DNA of 64,000 nt from Lytechinus pictus (lineage: Eukaryota), in assembly GCF_037042905.1 (NCBI RefSeq), contig NC_087250.1, positions 4,962,001 through 5,026,000 on the forward strand, given 5' to 3'. The notes below the pieces were generated by a model. The model did no database searches, was not told the DNA's origin, and saw nothing but the letters and a program-made list of their open reading frames with translations. How positions within the stretch are numbered: the first letter of the stretch is position 1; the number at the start of each line of letters is the position of its first letter. Below are positions 52,108 through 64,000 of the stretch, in pieces. A program made the position numbers and the translations under genes.

Positions 52108-53284
52108 TTAATAATCACCAACGCATTTTGAACAATATCTCTGAAGAAGGTTGAAATGGCGCCCCTGATAAATGCGTTGCCCCCGGCCCATTTTCGGAGA
52201 CTGGCGGGGGGGGGGGGGGTCATATGCAGTTCATCGAAGTGTTCATTTTCTTTTACAATGTCAATAAGTACTGTCATGTTGGGGGTGGAGCCCCTGAATA
52301 TGTATTTTCCCCCTTTTTGTGGGGGGGGGGGGGGGCGGGAGGCGGAGGTGTCAAATAACTGAAGTGTTCATTTTCTACCATATACAATGTCAGTATTTCT
52401 AAGACCCCCCACCCAACTCCCCTATGAGTTGTGTGACACAAATGCACTTCTATATGCCTATTCATGTATATAGTGATAAACTTGTAGTAATACAAATACT
52501 AAATGACACTGCATAAACTGCATGTCTTCCAGGTTATTTGTCTAGTGCAAATGTGTAGAAAACGCAATATAGTGTCTATTGACTCAATTGTTTTGTGCGA
52601 CGGATTTGAACAATATTTTAAAACTTAAACATTTTGTACGGAGGAAAGTGTCATGGATAATTTTGGCTGGAGCTTTGTGTCAACAGAAAGTCGAATTTGC
52701 CCTGTTGGTTCTTGGTATGAAAGAGACCATGGGCGGAAAACCAAGAGGGGGACGCGTCCCCCTTACCCAAAATAGTAGTGGGGACACACCCCCCTAATAC
52801 TTTTGTTGGAAAGAAATACATCATTCAAAATCGAAATAAAACAGGTATTTTGTACGAGATGACGTTACTTTTTGTGTGATTACTCTTTTTTTTTTGCTTG
52901 CTTGTAAAATTAATTTGGTCGAAATGAGCTTACTTTTTGGGTGATTACTTTTTTTTGTGCTTGACAAATTTTCCAGCCCCTGGTCCCCCCTACCTTTCCG
53001 CCCTTGAACTGTTGAAAGTGACAGCGTAGTGCCTGATCAAATATTCAAACATCGATCACCACTGTATTGTATATTTTCAATGGCACTCTGGCACCGTCGT
53101 GCACTGTTGTGCACACTGTCTATATGAAGGAATAAGCTTGCCAAAACAAAACGTCTGGATAACTCATCTATACCACTTGATACATGTCGGTTAAAATTTC
53201 GTAGAGCTGAGTCGGCACAGTTTAACATCCATGGGTTTTTCGTCTTCTTTTTAATGTGCTGTAAAGGTATTGAAACAGTATAAA

Positions 53285-54892
53285 ATGGATCGTATCTTTC
53301 GTGCAGCGAGCTCTGGCAAGCTGGACAATCTGAAAGCCATCTTCGAAGGCAGAGCCGGTATTGACACTAGAGAAATCAGCATACATCTACCAAATGAAGA
53401 AGGTCAATTCCTTATCCACGTTGCTTCGCAGGATGGCCATACCGAAATTGTGAAGTTCCTTGTCAATCGAGGAGCTGACTTGGACCAAGGAGACAGGTAC
53501 GGCAATACAGCTCTACATTATGCTTCGTCGTGTGGCCAATTGGATGTGGTGCAGTATCTCTTAAGCAAGGGCGCGGATATTGAAAAGTGTGATGTGAATC
53601 GCGTGAGGGCGCTTCACTGCGCTGCATCTAAAGGTCATCTAGATGTTGCTCGTTACCTTATCAGCGAAGGAGCTGAGATTGAGGCTGCACAAAAGGACGG
53701 GAGGACGCCTCTTCACTACGCATCTTGCTATGGTCGCGGTGCTGTGGTTTGGTATCTTATCAGTCAGAGGGCACAGCTAGATGTAGCAGATAATCATGGT
53801 CGGACTCCTCTCCTAGAGGCTTCGTCCAATGGTCACGTAAACACTGTTCAGTATCTCATGACGAAAGGAGCAGAGGTGGAGAAAATGGATGACAAAGGAC
53901 GAACGGCATTGCTAGAAGCATCCATCAATGGTCACCTGAAAGTTGTCGAGTATCTCCTTGACAAAGAGGCACAGCTGGAGATAGAGGATAAAGATGGCCG
54001 AACACCTCTCTACTATGCATCACTCAATGCCCACCTGGACACCGTTCAGTGTCTTCTTGACAAGGGAGCAACGCTTGAGAAACCTAAAAGGGATGGTGTA
54101 ACCCCTCTCATTAAGGCAACATGCAGCGGTGATCTTCCTGTGATAAAGTACCTGGTAGATAATGGAGCCAACCTCGATGCAGTCAATATCAAAGACATGT
54201 CACCACTGCATTTTGCTTCATCCAAAGGGTACCTTGACGTGGTTCAATATCTCGTTAGTAAAGGGTCACAGCCTGATAAGGTGGACAAAGATGGTTTGAC
54301 GCCGCTTCATTATGCATCAGCCAATGGCAATACCGAAGTTACCAGGTTTCTTGTAGACACAGGAGCAGAGACCGAGAAAGGAAGCACGACTGGTGTGACC
54401 CCTCTTCACTTTGCAGCTGCAGAAGGTCGTCTCGATGTCGTTAGGTATTTCATTGGTGAAGGACTTGACCTTGAACGAGTGGATGATGCTGGTGAAACAG
54501 CTCTTCACAAAGCCGCATCCAATGGCCATCTTGGTGTTGTCCGCCTACTCATCCTAAAAGGAGCACAAAAGGATGAAGGTGATAAAGACGGCATCACACC
54601 TCTGCAGAAGGCATCTTTCAATGGCCACCTGGACATTGTCGTACTTCTCGTGTGTCAACAAGCGCAACTTGACAAAGGTGACAGTAAAGGACTAACTGCC
54701 CTTCACTGCGCATCCGCCAGAGGTCATCTCAAAGTTGTCCAGTATCTCGTAAGCAAGGGAGCCAAATTTGAAAATGTTGACCACAATGATGTCCCTAGCC
54801 CATTACATTGCGCTTCCAAGCTTGGGCACCTGGATGTTGTCAGGTTTCTCGAAAGTCAAGGTGCACTTCTTGAGAAGGGTGATAGCACCTAG
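53285..54892 (+). CDS. ankyrin-repeat protein with an intronless ORF (N-cap + 15 ANK repeats, 535 aa from ATG 53285)
   Basis: Uninterrupted ORF of about 33-aa repeats with TPLHxAxxxGHLDVVxYL consensus. An acceptor-like tttttcgtcttctttttaatgtgctgtaaag lies just upstream, suggesting a separate 5'UTR exon. Confidence 0.93.
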   Translation: MDRIFRAASSGKLDNLKAIFEGRAGIDTREISIHLPNEEGQFLIHVASQDGHTEIVKFLVNRGADLDQGDRYGNTALHYASSCGQLDVVQYLLSKGADIEKCDVNRVRALHCAASKGHLDVARYLISEGAEIEAAQKDGRTPLHYASCYGRGAVVWYLISQRAQLDVADNHGRTPLLEASSNGHVNTVQYLMTKGAEVEKMDDKGRTALLEASINGHLKVVEYLLDKEAQLEIEDKDGRTPLYYASLNAHLDTVQCLLDKGATLEKPKRDGVTPLIKATCSGDLPVIKYLVDNGANLDAVNIKDMSPLHFASSKGYLDVVQYLVSKGSQPDKVDKDGLTPLHYASANGNTEVTRFLVDTGAETEKGSTTGVTPLHFAAAEGRLDVVRYFIGEGLDLERVDDAGETALHKAASNGHLGVVRLLILKGAQKDEGDKDGITPLQKASFNGHLDIVVLLVCQQAQLDKGDSKGLTALHCASARGHLKVVQYLVSKGAKFENVDHNDVPSPLHCASKLGHLDVVRFLESQGALLEKGDST

Positions 54893-55345
54893 ATGACGCC
54901 TCTCCATGTCGCATCATGTTGGATATCTCCTAGATAAAGGGCACCGCCTGGTAAGATCGACGAATGCGGTACGACAGCGGCACTCGTGGCATGCAATGAG
55001 TTCACCTAGAAATAGTTCGCCAACTGGTCAACAGAGGGGCCAAACTTCTCAGCAAAGATGATGACGGACTGACGCCACTTCTCCATGCAGCAATCAACAG
55101 CCATCTAGATATTGGCCAGCATCTGGTAAATGGGTGTGTAGGTCCTATCCATATAGTAACAACAGCGGAAATATTCTCTTCGCATCATTTCGGTGGCCAT
55201 CTTGACCTACTGCGGTACCTTTCTAGTCAAGAAGCCTACATCGAGACTGGCAATGACGATGTCAACACCCCTGTACATTTCGCAGCGGCTAATTGCCATA
55301 CGGGAGTTGTAAAATATCTTCTCAGTCGAGGTGACTGTGCAGCTG
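54893..55345 (+). pseudogene. decayed continuation of the ankyrin array (about 5 frameshifted repeats)
   Basis: After the TAG, shifting frames read MTPLHVAS, YLLDKG, HLEIVRQLVNRGAKLLSKDDDGLTPLLHAAINSHLDIGQHLV and GHLDLLRYLSSQEAYIETGNDDVNTPVHFAAANCHTGVVKYLLSRG. Confidence 0.85.
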
Positions 55346-55798
55346 GAAGCGATTGATAAATCCCAAATCAATTTCATGAGCCGCATTTTTTTTCAATAAC
55401 AACAATTAAAGCACGTTTTTATTACACATTTTACCATATATAATGTTTAGCATGTATACATGTAATTAGACACGAAATGGACAAGTGATTTGCATTACTG
55501 TTGGAGGATTCAATAAATCTTCAAACAGACGCCAAATTAGTTGTTTGTCATTTAATATAAGTTCATTACTTTGCAACTTCTGAAGGTTCCCATGGCGAAG
55601 AAGAATAGTGTAATAGGTTTCACGGTACATGTATTTTTCTTGATCAAGAGTTTGGGTGGTCCTTTTCGGGACCAACACTTGCCCAAGAAAGATACATGGT
55701 GTACCGTGAAATCTGCTACACTAGTTCATTTACTTTCTTGTTAATTTACTCACAATTACTTCTCAGTATTTTACTCCTCTACAATTAGGCTATTAGTG

Positions 55799-56312
55799 TT
55801 AATTCTTTATATTGTGCTTTTTAAACCCCGACTCCATGACGTCATACACCTGCTTCATGATAGTAGTGGTTGGCTCGATCAGCTCCAGCGCCTGCGCAGT
55901 GTCCTGTTTCAGATAACTATCAATGAACTCCTTCCGGGTCGGCAACCACCTCATGGCCAGACGCGCCGCCTGGCGCACGGCGAAGTTCACGTTATTGCTT
56001 AGCGTTTTGTCAAAGGCCTGGCGGGACAGCTCGGAGCATTTGCTCTCGTCGTTGCCCGCTGCCAAGGTGATGAACATCTCGATGAAGAACTCGATGTCAA
56101 AGTGCATCTCGTGGAGGGCGCGGTTACCGGACAAGCCGCCGCGTTTGGACTTCCGTTTGATGCCGTTCGCAGTTTCGTAGTCGAGGACGGCTTGGACGGT
56201 TTGGTAGTTGGCGGAGAGAGTGTCATCGGAGCGGTGGGTCTCCAAGGCTTTGAGGCGATAACGCATGTCCTTCGATACGAAGGTGAATAGGGAACCCATC
56301 ATGTCGTAGAGT
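55799..56312 (-). CDS. GLTP-fold lipid transfer protein (CPTP/GLTPD-like), exon 2; total protein about 208 aa
   Basis: tttttgcag acceptor, then (R)LYDMMGSLFTFVSKDM...SGNRALHEMH...AVRQAARLAMRWLPTRKEF. This matches the CPTP pattern LGTIFSFISKDV...SGCRTVLRLH...VVRRAVTVAFCTLPTREVF. Confidence 0.88.
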
Positions 56313-57723
56313 CTGCAAAAAGATAAAAAAATGAAAACGTTTCACTAAGCCATGATCACAACTCTTTAAGCGTTTTAAGGACGCAACAGCATCGCAGCTG
56401 CGACACTATGCGTCAAAAGACAAATTCGTAGTTCATTCATGGGCAATTTTGGTCAAATGACCTTTCATTTCGTTCATTATGATAGGCAGATTTTAAAGCA
56501 AGATATATGTAACCATGCCAAACATAGCAGGATGAAGAAATTGAATAGATCAGGTGACTAGAACAGCACAATATAAAAGAATATATGAATAATCAAGACA
56601 TCAAAGTTGGTGCTTATCTCATTAAATATTAAACCACCATGTAACTTTAGTACCAATGACCTTCATATGATCATGCGCAGAATGGAACTACGAAATGGCT
56701 TATACATCCGATACGTCGTACGTCTGTCTGCATCTGGCATGTCTTGGACCTACATATATCGCCCTACTTGTTAGCATGCATGTACCATTTTGCATTTGAA
56801 ATATCTTGGAGTGAACATAGAGCGCCACACTTGGAAGGGACACTACCATCAGGGATGGCGCCAGGGAATGTTGCCACAACAGGGGCCGCATAATTGTTTT
56901 AAACGCGGTTGGGACTGACCATGAAAACTCTTTCTGATGTTGATTTTAAGGGTTTTTCCCCCAATCCTCAATGCCACGGTCCTTGAATAGAGGGGGAGGG
57001 GGGCGAAAACAACATAAAGTTGATGTCATTTTTCCCTCTATAAACATTTAAGGGTAACATAGAATTAACCGACCCAATACTAGATTTTAACCATAGATAT
57101 TCAATTAATATTTAAGGGTTACATAAAGTTAAACGACCCCAAAACCAGGTTTTTATGTTTTTTCCCCAATTTTGTCAGTTTTCTCCCCCCTTTGCTTCCA
57201 CTAACTTCGAGTGTTGACCTAAAACTGCAATGGTAAGGGGCAATAAAGGTTACGGTTACATTGTAGTTTGAGTGTCTTCGTTTATTTTTCTCAAAGGAAA
57301 GAGAATATTTCTCTTTTTGATACTTATCTTTCTTCTCCACTTATCTCTTGTTAATTTTCAATCACTTTAATGATACAGTTGAGGGGATGGGGGCAATCCC
57401 ATGGCACCACTAAGGCATCTGCCACCTCTACAAATAATTATTCCGCCCATAAGATTTCTACAACCACAACCACTAGGCCTACAGTCCTATTTAAACTTCG
57501 GCAATACATCATTTAAATTTCGCTAATCGTAAATAATTATGCAAAAGCTAATTAATACAATGATATAATCATTACAGCAACACTGCGGAGTTTTCCACGA
57601 AACAAATGATGATTTTCACTTGATTTATTCTGAGCCAATCAGATGCAGCGATTTGAGTAGCTTATAACAGACAGAGAAAAATTACTGACCAATTGTTTCG
57701 TGGAAAGATCCCCTTATTTTTAC

Positions 57724-57836
57724 CTTGCAATCTCTTCGTATCCCCTCATGATGTCTTCAATATTGATGGTCCCATCCTCCTTCTTGGCTGCCTTGAAGCA
57801 GTCTCTCACAATCACTATATCCATCTTCTCCGTCAT
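57724..57836 (-). CDS. GLTP-fold lipid transfer protein (CPTP/GLTPD-like), exon 1
   Basis: Reads MTEKMDIVIVRDCFKAAKKEDGTINIEDIMRGYEEIA + AG|gtaaaa. The phase-2 junction joins exon 2 in frame. Confidence 0.85.
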
Positions 57837-59904
57837 CTTCAGGAACGTCTCCCAAACCCTTCACCTCCTGTGAAACACTCGACCGCGTGATAAACCAATG
57901 TAGACGCAAGAACGACGAAGACACAAGGTTGAACTGTTCTCTCTGGCAGTGCTGCGCTATGATTCTAGGTCGCGGTTACGTTCAGATTCACATCCAAATT
58001 CGATACTGCATACAGTAGCCTTATGTTTTTTTTTCGCATGAACGCTGAGATCTATCTCACAGATCAAAGCTCATATCGAGGTGATCAACAAATTTCAAAC
58101 GTTATCTCTTTTGGCTACACTCGACGTGCATACATAAAAATTTTGCCGATGTCAGTATAATGTCCTTGTTTTCTCAAGAGTCGAGATTCCTGCAATGGAA
58201 ACCAAAAGACGACGATTGGTATTCACTTTATCTCTTTTTTTTTTGTTTTACTTGGCAGATTTCAGTTTTGTCTACGCCAGGATAGTCTGCCTTAGTTGGA
58301 TTATGGTTTTCGATAAGCCTGCACTAAACACAAAAAGTTATACCAAAGTTCAAAATGTATATAGATGTAGGCGATCGTCTCCAGAATTCAAACTTGATCC
58401 CCTTAGCCCTATCGCGCGTACACAGGACACTTGTCGATACTAGAGAACTAGTTGTCTCAGTGGTTGTGATTAATGCTAACTCGTTCCACTATTATGTGTA
58501 CTTGTAGCTACATCGAAGCTAAAGTGTTGACAATTATATTATCTGAAGCGTTGATACTGTATCTCTTTTGTATTTGCTAGCTTCCTTTGCCAAGCTCACG
58601 GAGGGCAATTCTGTCGATGTCTGAATGTCTAGTTATCTCGATATCGTATATTGTTCGATAACCTTGTTCCAAACTTGAGTAAGGTCAACCATACAACTAG
58701 GTACCTCTTAAATAGAGATCAAACGCTGTGATTATCAACTTTAAACTCGATTTAATCTACTCACGAGGCTACGATTGTTATATATCTAATTACCAGGTGA
58801 ATACATGCTTACAATCACTTTAGGATCTGGGCCCCATCTACAAAGAGTTACAATTGATCCGATCAATCACAACTATGGACGGCCAGCAATGTCAACATTT
58901 ATCATGCATGTTTGTTCAAAATATTTTCTAACTATGATGTCTATTCATGCATTCATTGTTTTCTTGAAAATTCACTGTGCTTCTCCTGGTTTACAAAGGA
59001 CTCTGTGCAAATGTCCTGCAGAAAAAAATTATGACACTGGTGGATTTCCATAGAGTTACAATTGATTTGATCAATCGTAACTCTTTGTAAGAAGGGGCCC
59101 TGGTATAATTAAGATCAACCGGATACTTGTATTCATTTTCAATCTGGTATAGGACATGAAGGATATGTGCTCGGGTCTACCTGATTATATATATCTTAAA
59201 AACGGAAATATCAAATATGGGCAGCGTTACATAGGGGTGAACGTCCCTATATATCTTTGTCGTATCGGGCGAAATCTATAAAAGAAAAGAAGTTGTGAGG
59301 GTGAGGGAGCGAAGCGAGCGAACCACAATTTCAACACTTTTTATTACAAAAATCAAATTTTGTGATATATTTTGACATATAAAAAGTAATATATTTTCAC
59401 CATTTTGGTCATGAGAAATTGTTGGGGTGAGTGCCCTCAAGCCCCACCCCCATCTGTACACCATTGCATTAAACTTTTTTTCATTCAGTCCGTCTTTCCT
59501 TAATTCCTTTATTCTTGAATGAATTAGTTGTACTGATTGATTAACTGAATTCATTCTAACATGATTTCAATCCTATTTACATCTGATTGATTTGACTGAT
59601 TGATTCGCTCGATCGCTCTAAATATATGAAATCGTGTATATCAGTCTGAATGATCCCACTTCAAATTTAGTCACTGTAAATGGTGATCCAAGGCATTGGT
59701 TATCATAGTAATATGGATCTGAGGCACTTGACATTGTTTAAATATTTGTTTGTCTTATCCAAAGCCTGGAAGCGAGTCTACTAATTACTACTAAATAGTT
59801 CTTTATCGATAGATAACAATTGAGATGCGTGTCCGCTCAAGATGTGATCTTTGACCCCCTCCACACACAATTAATTTACACGATGTCATGAGAAGGGATT
59901 TGGA

Positions 59905-60450
59905 GGGTAAATTGCCAAGTCGTCCACTCATCACATGGTCTACTTTAATTTGGTCTAATGCCATTTCTCCCATCAGTATTTCGTCTAACAATCATTTGGT
60001 CCAATCATCACTTCGTCTAATCACCATTTCGTCTATGACCAATTCGTCTCATAACCAGTTGGTCTAATATCCATTTCATTTTCATTCATTTTGCAGATTT
60101 AACACTTAGTCCAATTAGACCAAATGGTATATGGACTAAATGGCTATTGGGCCAACTGGTTATTAGACGAATTAGTGGACAAAATTGGCAATTAGACCAT
60201 GTGGATAGTGGACGAACCGATGGTAGACCAAATGATGGTAGACGAATCGGCATTGGACGATATAGGGGAAGATGAAAGAATGTTATTGTTATATTTCAAA
60301 ACATAACTGGTTATTAGACGAATTAGTGTGCAAAATTGGCAATTAGACCATGTGGATAGTGGACGAACCGATGGTAGACCAAATGATGGTAGACGAATTG
60401 GCATTGGACGATATAGGGGAAGATGAAGGAATGTATTTGTTATCTTTCAA
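59905..60450. repeat. MITE-like element with a terminal tandem duplication of about 153 bp
   Basis: aactggttattagacgaattagtg...gatgaa is repeated at ~60154 and ~60306. Mirrored tcgtcta/tagacga motifs. Confidence 0.7.
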
Positions 60451-60921
60451 AATATATTCTTAATTGGAGAATATGGCACCCTGAAAGTTTCAGTTGCCTA
60501 TAGTTTGATTAATGAGATGCTGTCAATGGATATTGCCCATTATTGACGCGGAAATCAAATTGAAATTAACTTGGTCAAGTGCCTTCATGCCTTCTTTGTT
60601 TTGTTTTTTGTAAAAAGAAACCGACATACACTCTTCCGTCAATTTCAAGGATTTGAAATAAAGACCGGCTGTATCAAGGTATCAGTCGAAAATCGAATTT
60701 CGATTTAATAAACTTATCAGTGTTTAAAAAGAAGGTGATTAACATGATTAGCGAAACACCACGTCTTCACACCACGGATTCAAGTATATGAGGATCATAC
60801 ATATACAAGAAAATAGAATTTCCTTAATTATTACCATAATGTCAATATCATAACAATGCAGTACCGGCCACTTTCGATAATTAATAACGTGTCTGGAATG
60901 TCGGCACATCATGACCTATGA

Positions 60922-61582
60922 TACCCTTTTTACACAGGATTTTCTTAGCCCCGGACGGACAATCGATAACCCCGTACTATCCTTAACCCCGTACTATTTT
61001 TTTTCCTTTTCACACATGCCAAATTGTTATTGCTAACCCCGGATAAGGAATGCTTGCTTTTCACACACGAAACTCGCTAACCCCGGACTAGTGGTAGCTC
61101 ATGAATATTCACGAGCGCACTGAGGGGTCATACATTTGTCGATCATTCGTAGTACAAGTACTTCACTCGGAATTGTTTACCGGCTATACGATAGACCTAA
61201 TTACGTTATTTGCTTGATTCTCATCGCCGTGTTCGCTGTTCATGAATATTTATTATGCTTACCTCTGATTGGACAACAGGGCCGGCACTGTTGCGGGGCA
61301 TGAATGGGAGCGCTTAGCCCACTTTCGTTTTACACTAGCGATCTTAACCCCGTACTATCGCTCTTCGCGCCGCAATTGCTGGGATAACCCTGCTTTTTTG
61401 CAGGGCCAAATAATCCCGTACTAAAGGTGGGGTTAGCCCACTTTGCAAAAATGCTGTGTAAAAAGAAAGTGGGCTAAGCTTAACCCCGTACTATAGGTGG
61501 GGCCAAATGGTGGGGCTAAATGGCAATTTAGCCCCACCTATAGTACGGGGTTAAGGAAATTTTAGCGTGTGTAAAAAGGGTA
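60922..61582. mobile_element. Harbinger-like MITE with AACCCCGTACTA repeats (TSD TGA)
   Basis: TIR taccctttttacac / gtgtaaaaagggta. Left flank is TGA; the right TGA is displaced to 61824 by a later insertion. Confidence 0.8.
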
Positions 61583-61821
61583 CACTGTAAAAACTGGGGT
61601 GTTAAAACTGACACCAGTTGGTGTTAATAGAGGACCACACCCCGAGGTGTTAAAATTACACCCTAGAGATTGAACATAACACCAAAGAGTGTAAATGTAA
61701 CAACCAAAGGTGTTGTAATAACACCTATAGGTGTTAAACTAACACCATCAATTTAAAACTGGAGTAAAATAACTGGTGTGGTCCTCTATGTACACCGGTT
61801 AACACCACAGTTTTTGCTGTG
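61583..61821. mobile_element. CACTA/EnSpm-like MITE inserted in the terminal TA of the preceding element
   Basis: ta|cactgtaaaaactg ... cagtttttgctgtg|ta. Confidence 0.8.
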
Positions 61822-63099
61822 TATGAGTGTCCCAGGGTATTGGGTCAAAACTGAGGAAGAAGTTCGCCCAAGTTTTCTTGAATTATTGCCATATCAGTTT
61901 GTTACCAAGGGAACGTGATAACCCATACATTCAAAAGAATAAAAAAAAACGTGACTTACACGCCTGCAGTCTAAAAGCAATGTATGTGCCATCTCCAGAG
62001 CATTGGGCTGAAACTGAGGAAGTTGTTCGATCCTCAAGATTTGCAAATTCCCGGATTCCCTCTTTCGATCGTCTTAAGTTGGTGACATAACAATGACTGA
62101 GGATGTCACATTATGTGCTATTTTGGTTTCTTTATCTTATTTTAAAGAAGTCACGAAAATTTAGCAAAATGTTAACCAATATATTCTTGTTCAGGATCAT
62201 GATGATTATGATGCCGGGTAACATGACCAAAACTATAATGTATCATTACAAATATTAAACAAACAAAAGCCAAATGACAAGTATAATTTTGTTTATAATG
62301 GTTTAATTTTATTGAAAAGATTCGCTGATTTAGTATATATAAATCAACCTAATACAAAATATTCATCTATATATAGATTGCACTTTGCAAACATGGTAGA
62401 TCTTCTATCTCGAGACAAGAATAATTGCAGAAGCATTACCAAACAGTCACGATAACAAGAGGTGTCCTCTTAGCCAATCAGATATAGGTATTTCAGTAGT
62501 TTATAACAAATAATCAGTGAAAATCACGTTTCATGAAATGCTCTCAGGAGCTTTTAATAAAACATTTTTTTTCTTTAAAGACACTGTCGGATGATTTAGC
62601 CATCGAGATTTAAAAATAAATGGAAAGAGGAACAACGCGCTCTTTTGAGACCACCGGAAGCACTTAAAAGTACTCCAAAGGGTCAAGTGCACACAAAGAT
62701 TTACACCACACACGTGTCACGATCCAGAAGCCGTGAGCCAACTCGGTCCCGGGTCCGCGGATAATTCGGTTTATAACTCATGTCACGGATATGCGTTAAG
62801 ATATCCTTGTTTAAAATTGTACCATTGTTCACCGGAAGGCGATGAATGCTACGACGCCCATTAGCAATGTTTATATCACGTAACACTATCGTGCTCTATA
62901 TAACAACTGAGTTCGAGTCTTGGAAAAAAAGAGACAATATTTGCCATAGTTCTGTGTTTTCGTTTGAATATCGAAAAGTAATCAATATGCCTTCAAAGTT
63001 TTTATCTTTGTGTTTGGGCGGTTCTTGCAGATATTGGAACATAATTTGAATGTTTAATTAACAGTTTCGGTTCAGCTTGCCGGTCGACTTTGAAATGAC

Positions 63100-63294
63100 T
63101 TAATATTCTCTCACAAAAGCATCCCACATTGCATTAGTCTCATTGACAGCCGTTTTGTTGGTGCTGTAATCCAGATTATCCGCATGGTACACAGACACGC
63201 CATAGAGCTGCTTTTCAGCTGCCAATTGGTACCGTAGAGCGAGACTAGTCGGGTCATCGTACCATAACTGGTGGGTCTCGCCAGAACCCATATC
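63100..63294 (-). CDS. CTBS: di-N-acetylchitobiase (GH18)-like, last exon
   Basis: ctttttttcag-type acceptor, then DMGSGETHQLWYDDPTSLALRYQLAAEKQLYGVSVYHADNLDYS...AMWDAF*. This resembles the CTBS C-terminus HQVWYDNPQSISLK...GIGMWNANCLDYS...EMW. Confidence 0.88.
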   Translation of the reverse strand, partial: DMGSGETHQLWYDDPTSLALRYQLAAEKQLYGVSVYHADNLDYSTNKTAVNETNAMWDAFVREY

Positions 63295-64000
63295 CTGAAA
63301 AAAGAGAAAGAGATGAAAAGGTGATAAACAGCTCATTTTACAGTCATACTGCGGCAAAACACACTCCCTACAGGCAAAATCTATTAGGCCTATAGGTTTT
63401 TTAATATTCTTATATATTTTGTTTCAATCACGTGCACATGTTGATGTGAATGATGCTTAAAGCATCCTCGCTTATGAATAAATGATAAAAGAGCGATGTG
63501 CCTTCCACAAAACGCCGTGTATTCATTATAGAGAGAATTTTCACTCAGCGAAAATAAAACATAGAAAATATTTTGTCGAATGCCCGTCATGACAATAAAC
63601 AACAAATAAGTCTTCGTATAAAATTGGTGAATATAAAGCAGCAGTTAAATCCTTGGTTCTGAACAAACGACATGATTATTTGTCATTTTTCGTCAGCTGT
63701 AGCTGATAATTAGGACAAAACTGCCCCCCCCCCCCGAATTTTGGCAAACTTATATTTTTTCACTGAAAATTTTCACAAAATTCACCAAAAGAGTGCACAC
63801 AGTCCTTTAACTTAACCTTACATAAACCTAAAGCAAAAAAAAAACAAAAAAAACAAAGACAAAAACAAGCTACATGCTTACTCGTTCCCTCGCTTTTTCG
63901 CACCCCCCCCCCCCCGAAGAAGAACAAAAATGCGCAACGCCATGCTTCTATATTTACCTTATAATCAAAATACGGCGACTCGTATTCCTTGCTCCACTTC

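Noticed and set aside
53270..53284. TTG start for the long ankyrin ORF
   Set aside because: In a eukaryote, ATG 53285 is the likelier start: it has A at -3 and aligns with the paralogue's Met1.
55796..56290. Alternative-frame and antisense ORFs over the GLTP exon
   Set aside because: Shadow ORFs. Only the spliced minus-strand frame matches a known fold.

Overview
AT-rich, intron-containing animal genomic DNA. The repeat landscape and protein sequences suggest an invertebrate deuterostome, probably a sea urchin; this is inference and was not verified. Positions 1-~41.8 kb hold the 5' part of a minus-strand delta-catenin/p120-family gene (CTNND2/PKP4-like): three coding exons at 7543-7433, 7001-6889 and 4323-4207, with putative 5'UTR exons far upstream (35.3 kb, 41.7 kb). 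The right third carries two divergently oriented ankyrin-repeat paralogues with intronless ORFs (132 aa; 535 aa followed by a decayed tail of further repeats), a two-exon GLTP-fold (CPTP-like) gene with an apparently remodelled ligand site, and the last exon of a di-N-acetylchitobiase (CTBS)-like gene. The rest is packed with non-autonomous DNA transposons (TTAA-, 2-bp-, 3-bp-, TA- and 8-bp-TSD types, often nested), a 5'-truncated LINE, a compound tetranucleotide microsatellite and a 204-bp tandem array. The most unusual signal is a very dense set of TA-flanked micro-palindromes (TACATGTA, TACAGTA/TACTGTA, TAGGCCTA). Pairwise comparison of repeat copies shows several of them to be 6-bp insertions at TA sites. 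They match Tc1/mariner-type excision footprints and are concentrated in the catenin introns.
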